A DNA stretch of 64,000 nucleotides from Stegostoma tigrinum (taxonomy: Eukaryota). Under the pieces are notes generated by a model. The model worked only from the letters and a program-made list of their open reading frames with translations. It had not been told where the DNA came from and made no database searches. The translations under genes were made by a program, and so were the position numbers. The stretch covers positions 96,145,187 to 96,209,186 of the forward strand of contig NC_081362.1 in NCBI RefSeq assembly GCF_030684315.1, written 5' to 3'. This document shows positions 11,480-25,664 of the stretch, piece after piece. Each line of letters begins with the position of its first letter. The first letter of the stretch is position 1.

Positions 11480-13065
11480 CATCTGAACAGACAGGAAACG
11501 AAGTGTAGAAATGAATGAGGTCTTTTTCTGAAAGGCAGCCAGTGACTAGTCAGAAACTGTAGGGATCAGTGCTAGGACCCGAGCTATTTACAATATCAAC
11601 TAATGATTTAGGTGATGGAACTGAATGTAATATTCTGAGTTTGCAGATGACTCAAAGCTGGATGGGAAGGTGAGCTGTGAGGAGGATGCAGAGATGCTTC
11701 AATATGAACTGGACAGGTTGATTGAGTGGGGAAATGCATGGCAAATGCAGGATAATGTGGATAAATGTGAGGTTATCCGCTTTGCTACAAAAACAGGAAG
11801 GCAGATTATAATCTGAAGAGTGATAGATTGGAGATGCAATGCGACCTGGGGAGTTCTTGCAAACCAGTCACTAAAGGAGAAGAGAGGGCAGTGGATGTTA
11901 TCTATATGGACTTTGGTAAGGCCTTTGACAAGGTCACACATGGCAGGCTGGTCATGAAAGTTAGGTTAAAATGGGATCCAGGGAGAGCTAGCAAACTGGA
12001 TTCAAAATTGGGTCTATTGTAGGAAGCAGAGGTTGATGGTTGAAGGTTGTCTCTTGAATTGGAGGCCTGTGACTAGTGGTGTGCTACAGGGGTCGGTGCT
12101 TGGACCTTTGTTATTTGTTATTTAGAGAAATGATCTGGATGTGAATGCACAAGGCATGGTTAGTAAGTTTGCAGATGATACAAAATTAGGAGGTATAGTT
12201 GATAGCAAAGAAGGTTATTAAACATTACAGAGAGGCCTTGGTCAGTTAGAGAAGGGGCCTGAGGATTGGCAAATACAATTCAATACAGCTAAGTGTGAGG
12301 CAGTGCATTTAGGAAAGCCAAACCAAGGTAGGACTTCTACAGTAAGTGGTCAGTTCCTGAGGAGTGCTGTGGAACAGAGGGACCGAGGAGTACAAGTACA
12401 TAGTTCATAGAAAATGGCATCACAAGTAGACAGGGTGGTGAAGAATGCATTTAGCATGCTGCCTTCATCCATCGAGGAACTGAGTATAGGAGTTGGGACA
12501 TTATGTTACAGTTGTATTCGTGAGGCCACACTTTGGAGAATTCTATGCAGTTTTGGTCCCCTGGTTACAGGAAACACACAGTTAAACTGGAAAGTGTGCA
12601 AATAAGATTTATGAGTAAGTTGCCAGGACGAGTAGTCCTGAGTAATCGGCAGAGGTTGGCCAGGTTAGAACTTTATTCCTTGGAATGTAGGAAAACAATG
12701 AGTGACCTTAGTGAGGTAAATAAAATCATGAGGGGCGTCGATAAGTTGAACGCATACAGTCTTTTTCCCACGGATGGGGAATTGAAAACTAGAGGGCATA
12801 GGTTTAAGGTGCGAGAGGGTAGATTAAGAAGCACCTGAGGGGCAGCTTCTTCATTAGAGACTGATGTGTATATGGAAAGGGCTGCCGGATAACGTGAGAC
12901 AGGTACAACAGCAACATTTAAAACACATTTGGATAGATACATGGATGAAACGTGTTTGGAGGGATATGGACCAAATGCGGGCAATTGAAAGTAGCTGAGG
13001 GGGCACCATGGTCAGCATGGACCAGTTTGGGCTGAAGGGCCTGTTTCTGTGCTGTATTACTCTGT
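11480..13065 (+). mobile_element. Two adjacent degenerate CR1 LINE fragments
   Basis: RT motifs (DVIYMDFGKAFDKVTH) and a CR1 3'UTR ending gggcctgtttctgtgctgta. Confidence 0.9.
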
Positions 13066-13589
13066 GAATCAATGACTGTATGGCTCCTCTGTTCTGAGGA
13101 AGGATATTACTGGCTGGATATTCCGAATGAGGCTTGGTGAGACTCATTTCAGGAGAGACATTAATTATTTATTTGGGGCAAGTTCCTCACAATCAGTGAC
13201 TTAAACATCAAGAACTCACATGTTTGCTCCAACTCAGTAAATGTTCAAATATTTATTTAAAAATCGCTGGGCCAAAACCCCTCCTCTTTCTAACAACAAC
13301 TGGAAATTTGAGATTAGTGTATATTCAGTAAAGTGACAGCAAAATTTTTCTCAAGTGAGGAAATGAACAAATTTTATCACCAAATGAGGAATGCAACATC
13401 AAAATAAAAATTCCAAAAATCTGATCAAAAAACAGAAATTGCTGGAGAAACTAAGCAGGTCTGGCAGCATTTGCAGAGAGAAACAGAGTTAATGTTTCCG
13501 AGACCAGTGTGACTCTGTTTCAGAAATTAAATGATTAGGTCTGAAGCAGAGACTGAAAGGGTAGGTGACGATGGAGAAATGGGATGGGT

Positions 13590-14690
13590 TGGGGGGCAGT
13601 GGGCAGTGAGACCGCAGCAGGCGAGGGGGCAGTGGGTGATGAGAGCAGAAATGATGACAGGGCAGTGGGTGGTGAGAATGTGGCCAGTGAGAGGGCAGTG
13701 GGCAGTTAGAGTGGGGTCGGTGAGGTGGCAGTAGGTGGTGAGAACAGGTCTGGTGAGGGGCCAGTGGTTGATAAGAGTGGGGATGGTGAGTGGGCAGTGG
13801 ACAGTGAAAGCAGGGCTGGTGAGGGGGCTGTAGGTGATGAGAGCGGGGCAGGTGAGGCAGCAGCAGTGGGCAGTGAAAGCAGGGTTGGTGAGGGGGCTGT
13901 AGGTGATGAGAGCGGGGCAGGTGAGGCAGCAGCAGTGGGCAGTGAAAGCAGGGTTGGTGAGGGGACAGTGGGTGGTGACAGTGGGGCTGGTCAGGGGGGC
14001 AGCTGTTGGCAGTGAGTGCCGGTTGGTGAGGTGGTGAAGGCGGTGAGAATGGGACCAGTGAGACAGTGCGGCGGTGAGTGTGGGGTTGGTGAGGCGGTGA
14101 CGGTGGTGAGAGTGGGGCCGGTGAGGCGGTGATGGCGGTGAGTGCGGGGCCGGTGAGGCGGTGACGGCGGTGAGTGTGGGGCCGGTGAGGTGGTGACGGC
14201 GGTGAGTGCGGGGCCGGTGAGGCGGTGACGGCAGTGAGTGCAGGGCCGGTGAGGCGGTGACAGCGGTGAGCGTGGGACCGGTGAGGTGGTGACGGCGGTG
14301 AGTGCAGGGCTGGTGAGGCGGTGACGGTGGTGAGAGCGGGGCCGGTGAGGCAGTGACGGCGGTGAGACTGGGACTAGTGAGGCAGTGACGACGGTGAGTG
14401 CCAGATGATGAGGCGGTGACGGCAGGGCTGATGAGGCAGTGACGGTGGTGAGAGCAGGGCCGGTGAGGCAGTGACGGTGGTGAGAGCGGGGCCGGTGAGG
14501 CAGTGACGACGGTGAGACTGGGACTAGTGAGGCAGTGACGACGGTGAGTGCCAGATGATGAGGCGGTGACGGCAGGGCTGATGAGGCAGTGACGGCAGTG
14601 AGTGCGGGGCCGGTGAGGCGATGACGGTGGTGACAGCGGGGCCGTTGAAGTGGTGAGAGTGGGCCTTTCACATGGTGGCGGTGATGGCCT
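13590..14690 (+). repeat. G-rich minisatellite (~32-bp unit with higher-order repeats)
   Basis: Unit ~GGTGAGGCGGTGACGGCGGTGAGTGCGGGGCC; 69-bp period at 13803/13872/13941 and 150-bp period at 14341/14491. Confidence 0.92.
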
Positions 14691-15373
14691 CCTGTGTGTC
14701 CGAGAGATTGTGGCAGCCCCTGTACCGTGGTGGAGATGTGACTCTGAGAATCTGAGATCTGGACTTTTCTTTTTTTTCTTGCTTACCTTTTGGCTCTATT
14801 AAAACATTTAATTGTTGTTTTTGTAACCATGTGGGTGCCAGTCATTGGCAACTTTGTGCACTTTTCACTGTACTTATGTATTCCTATACTTAGTACATGT
14901 GACAATTAGATCAATCTAAATCTTAATGAAATTTTAATAGCAACCTGTGGGTGTGTGTTGTACCAGAGGCTGGGCCTTGATCCTGGACCTTGTGGTCTAC
15001 AGTTAGGGACACTGCCAGTGAGTCACAGCACCTCATCCTGACATTGTTTATATGTCTCACGGGCAGCAGCTTCTCTAAAACAAGTGGCTCGAACCATTGT
15101 TCATTTCAGTTGCTGTTTGTTACAATAACACATGAACACACAGTGAGCTACGGTGATGTTGTAGGTGAAAATTTTGTCACTTCAAATATGCACAAGCTGG
15201 CAGAAGCTCCTGGCAATAGTTTTAAATTAATTAGCTCAATAACAGAGACACACAGTTTATTGGTCAGATAAATAGATTTTTATTCAGCAAATTGTTATGT
15301 CAGTGAAATCAAGCATAGATTAAAATACCCAGATTAAAAATACCACAGATTAAAATACACAGAATAAAATTTG

Positions 15374-15693
15374 GGGCAGCACGGTAGCTCGGTGGTTAGC
15401 AGGGCTGCCTCACTGCACCAGGGATCCGGGTCCGATTCCAGCTTCAGGTGACTGTCTGTGTGGAGTTTGCACATTCTCCGCGTGTCTGCGTGGGTTTCCT
15501 CTGGGTGCTCTGGTTTCCTCCACAATCCAAAGATGTGCAGGCTAGGTGGATTGGCCATGCTAAATTGCCCGTAGTGTCCAGGGATGTGTAGATTAGATGG
15601 GTTATGAGGGGATGGGTCTGGGTGGGATGCTCCGAGGTTTGGTGTGGACTTGTTGGGATGAATGGCCTGTTTCCACACTGTAGGGATTCTATG
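15374..15693 (+). mobile_element. tRNA-derived V-SINE (HE1-like)
   Basis: tRNA-like head with A/B boxes, core ctgtctgtgtggagtttgcacattctcc, CR1-derived 3' tail. Confidence 0.9.
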
Positions 15694-15879
15694 ATCTGTG
15701 AGAAAACCAGTAGAACCAACTCTTAAAAATAATTGACAAAGAAAAAAAAATTGATAAACAAGAAGAAAACAGGCCCAAACCACAGGCAGCAACTGTTGTT
15801 CTCTGTTGTCGATGGCGTCATTTGCCAGTCTCTATCTGTAACATTATGCTGATATGTGGGAGAGATTGTTGTCTTCACA

Positions 15880-17580
15880 GCACGCTACCAAACCCCCTGT
15901 CTCTTTCCTATACTCTGTCTCGTTGTTGTTTAAGATCCAAACATCCATGGTGGTGCCAACAGCAAACTTGTAAATGGAGTTGGAGCAGAAATTGGGCACA
16001 TAGTAATAATTGTATAAGGATTACAGTAAGGGTCTGAGTACACAGCCTTGTGGGCTATCAGTGTTGAGGATTATTGTGGAGAAGGTGTTGTTGCTTATCC
16101 TTGCTGATTGCAATGCCTGGGTCAGGAAGTCAAGGATCCAGTTACAGAGGTGGGGATCAGAGTCCTGGGTCTCAGGGTTTGTAGATGAATTTGGTTGGAA
16201 TTATGATGTTGAAGGCAGGGCTAAAGTCAATAAAGAGAAGGTTTTGTTGTTCACCTATTCCAGGGATAATTGTAGGGCCAGGGAGATGGGTCTGCTGTGG
16301 CTGTTTTGTGACAGTAGCTGAATTGTAGTGGACCAAAGCAGTCTGAGAGGCGGGAGCTGATGTGTGCTATTACTGACTTCTCAAAGCAATTTATACCGAT
16401 GGATGTCAGATCCACTAGGGGGGCAGACAACATCAGGCACACTGTATGATAAGTTTCCTTGGCACTGGGATGAAAGTGGTCTTCTTGGAGCAGTTAGGAA
16501 CCACACAAAGAGTAAGGAGAAGTTAAAGATGTTAGCGAACAGTCCTGCCAGCTGGTCCATGCAGGATCTGAGTGCACGACCTGGGGTTCCATCTGGGCTA
16601 GTCACTACCCGTGGATTTACCCTCAGGAAGACCAAACTGACATCTGTGGCTATAGGTGTACTCGAGGCTCTCGGGGCACATGACATCATTTTGCTGACCT
16701 TCTGTTCAAAATCAGCATAGAATGCATTGAGCTGACTGGGAAGGAATGCATAATGTTTCATAGAATCCCTACAGTGTGGAAACAGGCCCTTTGGCCCAAC
16801 AAGTCCACAGTGAACCTCAGACCATCCCACCCAGACCCATCCCCCTGTAACCCACCTAGTCTACACATCCCTGAACACCACAGGCAATTCACCGAAACAG
16901 CACATCTTTGGACTGTGGGAGGAAACCGGAGCACCCAGAGGAAACCCACCCAGGCAAAGGGGCAATGTGTAAACTCCATACAGACAGTTGCCGGAGGGTG
17001 GAATTGAACTTGGGTCCCTGGCACTGTGAGGCGGCAGGGCTAATCACTGATTCTACTCAACTTTGCTTTGTAGCCCGTTATAACATGTAAGCCTTACCAC
17101 AATCAATGTATGTTTCTATGGCTAGTTTGTGACTGTAGCTGGTCCTGTCTCTTGGCATCCTGATGACTTCACGAAGGTCAGATCTAGATTTTCTGCAATG
17201 TTCAGGGTAACCCAACTTGAATTGCTCAGTTCTGGACTCTTGGAGGGAGTGGATCTCTCGTTTCATCCATGGTTTCCGGTTAAGAAACACTTGCATTAAA
17301 CCCTTTGTCACACAGTCCTCTGCACACTTACTGATGATAACTTTGATGTGGTGGCAGACTTATTTAGGTTAGCTGCTGATTTTTGAAAATGGACCAGTCC
17401 AGTGACTCCAAGCAATCACATAGGAGCTCGTCTGTTCTCTCAGACTGGCTCTGTCTGGCTTTCTATACTGGATCCTCACATTTAAGTTTCTGCTAAAGCA
17501 GCGCAGCAGTATCGTCAGATTTTCCCAAATGTGGTAAATGGTAGAGGTGCTGATGAGGTAATTTGCATCAGTTTTCACGG
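15880..17580 (-). mobile_element. Rex1/Babar-like LINE fragments, interrupted by a SINE
   Basis: - strand DQLAGLFANIFNFSL, CFEK...FGPLQFSY, NRKPWMKREIHSL. Confidence 0.75.
16757..17050 (-). mobile_element. V-SINE (HE1-like)
   Basis: Reverse complement of the same family. Confidence 0.85.
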
Positions 17581-19944
17581 TGGAAGACACCAGCAGCAGT
17601 TCACAACTTCAAGAGAGTCAAGAGGGCAAAGAAAGAAGACTCAGAGATAGCAAGAATTGCAGATGCTGGAGTCAGTGATAACAGTGTGGAAGTGGAAGAT
17701 CACAGCAGGCCAGGCAGCATCAGAGGAGCAGGAAAATTGATGTTTCATGTCAGGACCCTTTTTCAAAAATAATTTCTGAAGAAATTTCTCGACATTCTGC
17801 ACCAATGTACAACCTCCAACGCCTTGGGTTGTCTTAAAATTTTGTGAGCTCCCTTTTTGAACACCATGTGGAAGCCCAAAAACATCACATTGCCAGGTTC
17901 CTCTCTATCCACTCTGGTCAACAGTCCTTCACAAAACTCCCATAAATTAGTCAGACAGGATTTCGCTGTCATGAAGCCACACTGGCTGTGTTTGATTAGA
18001 TTATGATTTTCTAAATGCATGCTTTTCTAACAATAGATGTAAGACAAATTAACCTTTGGTAACCCACCTTTTATTCGAGACTCATAGGAACAGTTCAGTT
18101 TAGGATACCTGGTCAGCATAGATGAATTGGACTGAAGGGTCTGTTTCTGTGCTGTATGACTCTATGAATCTGTTTGCCTGTGTTTGGCCCATATCATTTT
18201 GAGCCTTTCCCATTCATGGGAACATCTAAATGTCTTTTAAGAGACATAAGTATACCGGCCTCTAGAATTTCTTCTGGCAGTTTGTTCCACACAGGTAGTT
18301 CTGTTTTTTATTTCCCTTTATTCATTCACAGGATGAGGGTATTGCTTTTTGCAGCATTCATTGTCTATCCTAGTTGCCCAGAGGGCAGTGAAGAGTCAAC
18401 CACATTGATGTGGGTTTGGAGTCACATACAGGCAAGACCAGGTAAGGATGGCAGTTTCCTTTCATGAAGGACATTTGTGAACCAGATGGATTTTTCCCAA
18501 CAATTGGCAAGGAATTCAATGTTATTACTAGAATTCCTAATTCCAGGTTTTTATAAAATGATTTTAAATTCCATCATCTGTCATGGCAGGATTGGAAACC
18601 CAGAATAGAACATATAGCACATAATAATACAGCACAGAATAGGCCCTTCGGCCCTCGGTGTTGCGCCGACCTGTGAACTAATGTTATGGCCTCTGAATTC
18701 ACAGTCCAGTGATAACACCACAAGGCCGTTGCCTCAACCCTGGTATAAGTGTGACAGTTGTGTTCCTGTGTGACTGTGCACGATAGACAATAGAAAATCG
18801 TGCTATAGAAGATTGCTATAGAAAACCGCTATAGTTGTTGGGCAGAAAGCTCACTTTTTCCCAACAGCATTCACTAATCTGAGAATTGCATTAGAACCGA
18901 TTCATGTTGAAAAGACACATGCAGTAACAGTACTACATGTACACACAACATCCTCTGTGTAAAGAAATTGCCCTCAGGTCCCCTTTCATTTTTTTCCCAT
19001 CTCAGTTCAAACTACAGCCTCAACTTTTGGATTCTCCTACCCTGGGGAGAAGACCTTGGCCATTCACCTTACGTGTGCCCATCATGATTTCATACCGCCC
19101 TGCAAAATCATGCCTCAGCCTCTTACATCCCAGGGAAAAACTCCCAGACCTATCCAGCTTCCCCTATTACCTCAAATCCTGTAGTCCCGCCAAATCCTGG
19201 TAAATATTTTCTGTGCTCTTTCCTGTTTAACAAAATCTTTCCAATGGCACAGTGATCCGGATTGTATGCAGTATTTGTAAAGGAAGGAAAGGGACTTGTC
19301 CTGATTGGAGTTTCAGATGAAAAGAAAATTTGAAACATCTCAATTTCTTTGGGCTTTGGCAGGGTGAATACAGAGAAGAAGTGGTTTCCCCTTGAGGAAG
19401 AGTCTGAGACGAGAGGCTAAAATCTCAGAGGAATAGGTCATTTTCTTTAATTCAGTTGTGGGACTTGGACATCGCTGGTTGGCCAGGATTTATTGCCTGT
19501 CCTGAACTGCCCTTGAACTGAGTGGCTTGCTGGGCCATTTCAGAAGGCAGGTGGGAGTCAACCCTATTTCTGTGAATATGTAATCACATGTAGGCCAGAC
19601 CAGGTGAGGATGGCAGATTTCTTTCCCTGAAAAGCATCAGTTAGCCAGGTGATTTTTTTTCCCAACAATCAACAATGTTTTCATAATTATCATTAGATTC
19701 TGGATTTGAGATTGTTTTTTCTCTAAATTGTGTTCAAATTCCACCATCTGCCCTGGCAGGATTCGTACCAGGACCTCGGAGTATTAGCTGAGTTTCTGGA
19801 TTGATAGTCTCACGATTGTATCAATAGGCCAGTACCTCTCTGATTTAAAATGAGGATAAGGAGATATTTCTTCTCTCAGAGGAAGTGAATCTGTGGAATT
19901 CTTTACTGTCAAGGACTGTCATGGCCTACTTATGAAGTAGAAAC

Positions 19945-22210
19945 ACAGGAACATAGAAGACAGGAGGAAGAAGAGGCCATTCGACCTTTGAGCCTTCTCC
20001 ATCATTCTTCATGATCATGGCTGATCATCCAACTCGATAGTCTAATCCCACTTTCTCCCCTTAACCTTTGATCCCATTTGCCCTAAGTGCTATACCTTAT
20101 CGTCTTTTGAATACATTCAATGTTTTGGCATCATCTATCTCAGGTGGTGGTGAATTCCACAGATCACCACTCCTTGGGCGAAGAAATGCCTCCTCATCTC
20201 CGCTCCTAAATCGTCCACTCCAAATCCGCACACCATTACCTCTGGTTCTGGACATGCCCACCATCAGGACTATCCTCTCTGCATCTACCTTGTCTAGCCC
20301 TGTTAGAATTTTATAAGTGCCTATGATATCCCTCCTTGTTTATCTGAACTCCAGCAAAATCAATCCCAACCTAGTCATTCTCTCTTCATATGCCAGACAT
20401 GTTAACTTCACTGCACTCTGTTGAGATCTCCTCTGAAAAGGATACCAAAAGTGCGTACAATATTCTAGGTGTGGCCTCACCAAGGCCCTGTGTAACTGCA
20501 AAAATACATCCCTGTTCTTGTACTTGAAACCTCTCGCAATGAAGTTCAACAACATACAATTTACCATCTTCACCGCCTACCGCACCTGCATACTCACCTT
20601 CAGTGATTCATACATAAGGATGCCCAGGTCCTACTGTACATACCCTTCTCCCAATTTACAGCCATTCAGATAGTAACCTGCCTTCTTGTTTTCGCTTCCA
20701 AAGTGAATAACCTCACATTTATCCAAATTATACTGCATCTGTCATTGATTTGCCTAGTCAGCCAACCTGTTGAGATCATGCTGAAGGATCTCTGCATCGT
20801 CATCACAGTTCACCCTGTCACCCAGCTTGATATCATCTGAAAACTTGGAGATGTTATATTTTGTTCCCTCATCCAAATCATGAATATATATTGTGAATAG
20901 TCAGGGTCCCAGCACCAATGCCTGTGCCACCCCACCAGTTAATGTCTGCCAATTTGAGAAGGACCCACTAATTCCTACAGTGTGAAGCTGGAGGAGCACA
21001 GCTGGTCAGGCAGCATAAGAGGAGCAGGAAAGCTGGCGTTTCAGTTTGGGACCCTTCTTCACAAAATGAAGAAGGATCCCGACCCGAAATGTCAGCTTTC
21101 CTGCTCCCCTGATGCTGCCTGACCAGCTGTGCTCCTGCAGCTTCACACTGTGTTATCTCAGACTCCAGCGTCGGTAGTTCTTACTGTCTCATTAATTCCT
21201 CCTCTTTGTTTCCTCTCTGCCAGCCAGTTTCCTATCCATCTCAGTACACTTTCCACAGTCCCATGCACTTTAACCTTGCACATTACCCTCTTACATGGGA
21301 CTTTGTCAAATGCTTTCTGAAAGTCCAAGACACGACATTGTTTGGATTCCCCCTTGTCAATTCTACCAGTTACACCTTCATAGAATTCCAACAGATTTGT
21401 CAGGCATGATTTCCCCTTCATAAATCCATGCTCTCTCTGTTTGATCCAGCCACTGCTTTTTAAATGCTCTGCTATAAAATCCTTGACAATGAATTTAAAA
21501 ATTTTCCTCACTGCTGATGTTAGGCTGACCGATGTATAATTCCCTATTTTTCTCTACTTCCCATTTCGAGTATTGGAGAGACAGTACCTACCCTCCAATC
21601 TGCAGGGACTCTTCCAGAGTCGATAGAATCCAGGAATATGACCACCAATGCATCCACTATTTCTAGAGCTACTTCCTTAAATACTCTAGGATATAGATTA
21701 TCAGACCTTGAAAATTTATTGACCTTCAATTCCAACAATTTCCCCAGCACCATTTCTCTACTAATATTGGTCACTCTCAGCTTTTCCCTCGCACTAAATT
21801 TTGCATCCTCAAACAATCTGGTATATGCTTTGTGATCTCTTTTGTGAAGACAGACCAAAGTATGTGTTCAGTTCCACAGCCATTTATTTGTTCCCTATTA
21901 TATACTTCCTGATCTATCAAGGCCAACTCATATCTCATGTCCTTGCAGTTTCCCATATAAGGTTCAGCATCCTAGTCTCTGAATCAACAACCTCACTCTC
22001 CACCTCGATAAAAAATGTTATTGTGTTATAGTTGCTGTTCCCCAAGGGGTCATGCACAGCTGGATTGGCAATGATTCTCTTCTCATTACACAGTACGCGG
22101 TTTAAAATGACCTGCTCTGTTGTTGGTTTCTCCACATATTGGTCAAGAAATCCATCCTGCACACATTCCAGAAATTTCTCCTCGATGGCATTGTGGCTAA
22201 TTTGAATGCT
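19945..22210 (-). mobile_element. Degenerate CR1 LINE with a Penelope mini-element inserted at ~20978-21190
   Basis: - strand ORFs containing HGFMKGKSCLTNLLEF, DFQKAFDKVP, RPHLEYC. Confidence 0.9.
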
Positions 22211-22869
22211 TATATTTCAGTTTGAACGAGAGTGATTTTAAATCACTACTTCACACTGTAGGAAATAATGGGTCTTTTTCAAATTGGCAGGCAGTAACTG
22301 GTGGGTTGCCACAAGGATTTATGCTGGGATCCTGACTATTCACAATATATATTCATGATTTTGATGAGGGAACAAAATGGCCATGGGGAAAAGGCAGTAA
22401 AGTGGAGCTGGGGATTATCAAAGCCGATTTGATACCATTGAATAGTGGACCAGGCACAATCGTCCAAATAACTGAATTCTCCTTCTATGTCTTTGGTCTT
22501 AAGGTCCAATTGAGACATTTAACACGGGGCTATTGGGTGGTTATTTAAACAGAGACAATACACAGAATGAAGGGGAAAAGGCAAACAATTGTACGAAGTA
22601 AAGTGCTCAGAGAGCCAGTGCAAACACAATGTACCCAATGGCTTCATTCTTTATCGGATCATTTCTGTGATTGTGGGAATGGTGAAATTCCACTTTGTGC
22701 CGCAAACAGTGCTTCCACTTTTATGTCTCCTGAGTTCAGTTTGCAGCTGTTGTTCAGAAAGGCAACCTCCATCTCAGTCTCAATGTCAAAATCACAATTC
22801 CCGCAGGCAGTCTGCCTCTTTGGTCTGTAGATGGTGAAATCCCCACAATATTCCCTGTCCATTGAACAG

Positions 22870-23226
22870 CTGGGAAATGGTGGAAGCGCAGTGGGACATG
22901 ACTGTCTCAGTGAGTCTGAGGGGGCAGCTTGGCTCATTGGTCACTCTCCCGTGTGGAGGGCAGGAAGCTGCGTCTGTCAAAACTATTTCAGGAGCATGGT
23001 TCAAAGCTGAGGTTCTGGTGGACCAGGCAGATGTCACAGAGCGGTTTCAGACGAGCTACATTGTGCGTGTGAGGCTGGTACAAGACAGACGAGTCTGGCA
23101 CCATGGCAACAGATCACCTGGCAGGAGTGGCTACAAGCAGTAGCAGCAGAGAGAAGATTGAACTTTGTCGATGATCCTGTCAGCTGTGGCGTGGACCGCT
23201 CAGTCGTCCAATTCAAAGATTTGTAG
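22870..23226 (+). pseudogene. Decayed Ig V-set-like exon of a different subfamily (frameshifted)
   Basis: Encodes QWDMTVSVSLRGQLGSLVTLPC...GAWFKAEVL...YIVRVRLV, then an 8-nt insertion relative to the paralog, then QITWQEWLQ...RRLNFVDDPVSCGVD...*. Confidence 0.45.
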
Positions 23227-24080
23227 ATCACAAAGCACGAAAAAGAATGAGAGATGTTCTCAGTCTCCTGGCTATCAACATCCCTCCTTCAATTAACACC
23301 ATCACATAAAACATGAATTGTCATTCAGCACAGTGTTCTTTGGAAATGTTCCCAGTTTGGAATGGGCCCAGGGTTCGGAGCTGTCACAGATACAGAACTT
23401 CAAACTGACCTGTGAAATCCTGGAGATGTTTTAATGGAACAAATGAAATACTATTGATTGTAGAGAATTGATATGAATGCTAGCATGGCTCCAGTGGTGA
23501 AACTCATTCTGAATCACAAAGCTGTAAATTCACCAAGTTTGTAAAAGCAGGTGGTTGTATTTTACAGAGACAATGGGAACTGCAGATGCTGGAGAATTCC
23601 AAGATAATAAAATGTGAGGCTGGATGAACACAGCAGGCCAAGCAGCATCTCAGGAGCACAAAAGCTGACGTTTCGGGCCTAGAAGGGTCTAGGCCCGAAA
23701 CGTCAGCCTTTGTGCTCCAGGTTGTATTTTACATCTACCCCAACGAGACCCAATGAGCACACAGGCTAATCCTATCCACCCCAAATGCACACCTTAATAT
23801 GCAGCCAGTCCCTCAATCCCATTCTCCCATTCAATGAATGGCAGAATAGGATGGGAGGAACATTCTGTTTTCTGGTCTGTGTTCCCAGCTTTGTGTCAGC
23901 TGCACCAATCTGCAGACAGTAATACATTTTCCTTGTGACATTCTCCTCCAGTTCTGAATGTTCAAACATGTAGAATTCACACGAACTCCACAGCAGCACA
24001 GACCATGGAAAGGTCTTTGTAACAAGTTAAACTATCCAAAGCAAACACTTACCCAAAGCAACACAGAGGGTCAGGGTCAC
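22959..24080 (+). repeat. Low-copy segment with an inverted paralog at ~60322-61285
   Basis: For example ccatggaaaggtctttgtaacaagttaaact (24003) matches the reverse complement of agtttaacttgttataaaagacctttccatgg (60372); collinear across ~1 kb. Confidence 0.85.
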
Positions 24081-24394
24081 AGTGGTGTTCCACTGATCAT
24101 CTCAACAGAGCGACAACACTGTTCATTAACACAGCTTGTTGTACATTCAGTTAAGAGATTGAAACATGAAGTATTGCAGCCAACTGCAGCTGCTTTAAAG
24201 TCTCATTTCTCAGGAGTGAAAGAAGTTACAGCGTCAATAAAGAGGAAGTTTAACACAGTTCTCTGGTTTCCGATTAGGGGTGCAGTTTGAACATGTTCCT
24301 TGTTCCAATGCTTGATTTTTAATGGTTCTCTCTAACCTCTTTTTAACCCTCTGGTGAACAAACATTATTGAGTGGGCTTTCCGTGAAATGAATC

Positions 24395-25105
24395 TGGTTC
24401 ACCTGCACATCTGCCAATGTGGTATACTGCATCCAATATACCAGTTATGGCCTCCTCTACATCAGGGAAACCAAGTGGAGGCTTGGGGCCCGCTTTGCAG
24501 AACACTGACGCTCGGTTGGCAATAAACAGCTGCACCTCCCAATCGCGAACCACTTCAACTCCCCCTCCCATTCTTCAGACGACATGCCTATCCTGGGCCT
24601 CCTGCAGTGCCACAATGATGCCGCCCATAGGTTGCAGGAACAGCAACTCATATTCCGCTTGGGAACCCTGCAGCCCAATGGTATCAATGTGGATTTCACG
24701 AGCTTCAAAATCTCCCCTCCCCCCACTGCATCCCAAAACCAGCCCAACTCATCCCTGTCTCCCTAACCTCTCCTTGATTTCACCTATCCACTCCTCCCAC
24801 CTCAAGCCGCACCCCCATTTCCTACCTCCTAACCTCATCCCGCCCCCTTGACCTGTCCATCCTCACTGGGCTGACCTATCTCGTCCCTACCTCCCCACCT
24901 ACACTCACCTTTACTAGGTCCATCCCCGCCCCTTTAACTTGTCTGTCTCCACTCCACTTATCTTCTCCTCTACACATCTTTGATTACCCCCCCCTTCCCA
25001 TTTATTTCAGAACCCTCTTCCCCCTCCCCTGTTTCTGATGAAGGGTCTAGGCCTGAAATATCTTTGGCCTGCTGTGTTCATCCATCTCCACACCTTGTTA
25101 TCTCT
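24395..25105 (+). mobile_element. Penelope-like 3' fragment
   Basis: Homologous to 38830-39600 (HRLQEQQLIFRLGTLQPNGINVDF). Confidence 0.85.
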
Positions 25106-25629
25106 GCTATCCCTGGTTTGTGTGTGTTCATGGGCTGATGTGCTGGTGTGGATTCCAGTCCAGCAAAGGTCACAGCTTGGGAATAGCAATTAGACACACC
25201 TCAGCAACAGGTAAGGAGAACACAGTAGTTCTTACACTCTGGGAGCCGGAAGCCCAGCAAACCAGGAGATCATCATTTATCTGATAGCTGAATAGGCAGA
25301 GAATGGAGGGTTACAAAGCATTAGAGGGGAAAGGTTTTTAATTTAGAAAAGCATCATTTGCCAATGCAGTCATGGTAGGCCTAAGGGCCTGTTCCTGTGC
25401 TGCACTGTTATTTGTTTTCTTGTTTAAACAGCCGCAATGTTTCACCATCGAATCTGCAAAAGTGGGATAGTGCAGGGGCTGGGGGCTGGTTCGCTTAGCT
25501 TTACGACATGCAGCAATATCAACAGTGCAGTTTCAATTCCCACACTGCCTGAGGTTACCAGGCAGCTCCAATCTCCTCAACCTCTACCTTCGCCTGAGGC
25601 ATGGTGACGCACAGTTAAACCCCCACCAG

Positions 25630-25632
<3 letters not shown>

Positions 25633-25663
<31 letters not shown>
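25633..25663 (+). repeat. (TC)n microsatellite within an unclassified SINE-like repeat (~25480-25690; related copy on - at ~55735-55910)
   Basis: About 15 TC units seen directly. Confidence 0.85.

Positions 25664-25664
<1 letters not shown>

Noticed and set aside
13531-14671. Long ORFs (226 aa on -, 96 aa on +)
   Set aside because: By-products of the G-rich minisatellite; low-complexity translations without splice support.
22630-22681. Leader exon for the decayed V-set gene (MASFFIGSFL...)
   Set aside because: In-frame stop, weak donor and phase mismatch with the acceptor at 22869; too speculative to annotate.
23328-23334. CACAGTG heptamer downstream of the decayed V-like exon (others at ~15139, ~24078, ~27329)
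   Set aside because: No ACAAAAACC-like nonamer at 12 or 23 bp spacing; chance occurrences.
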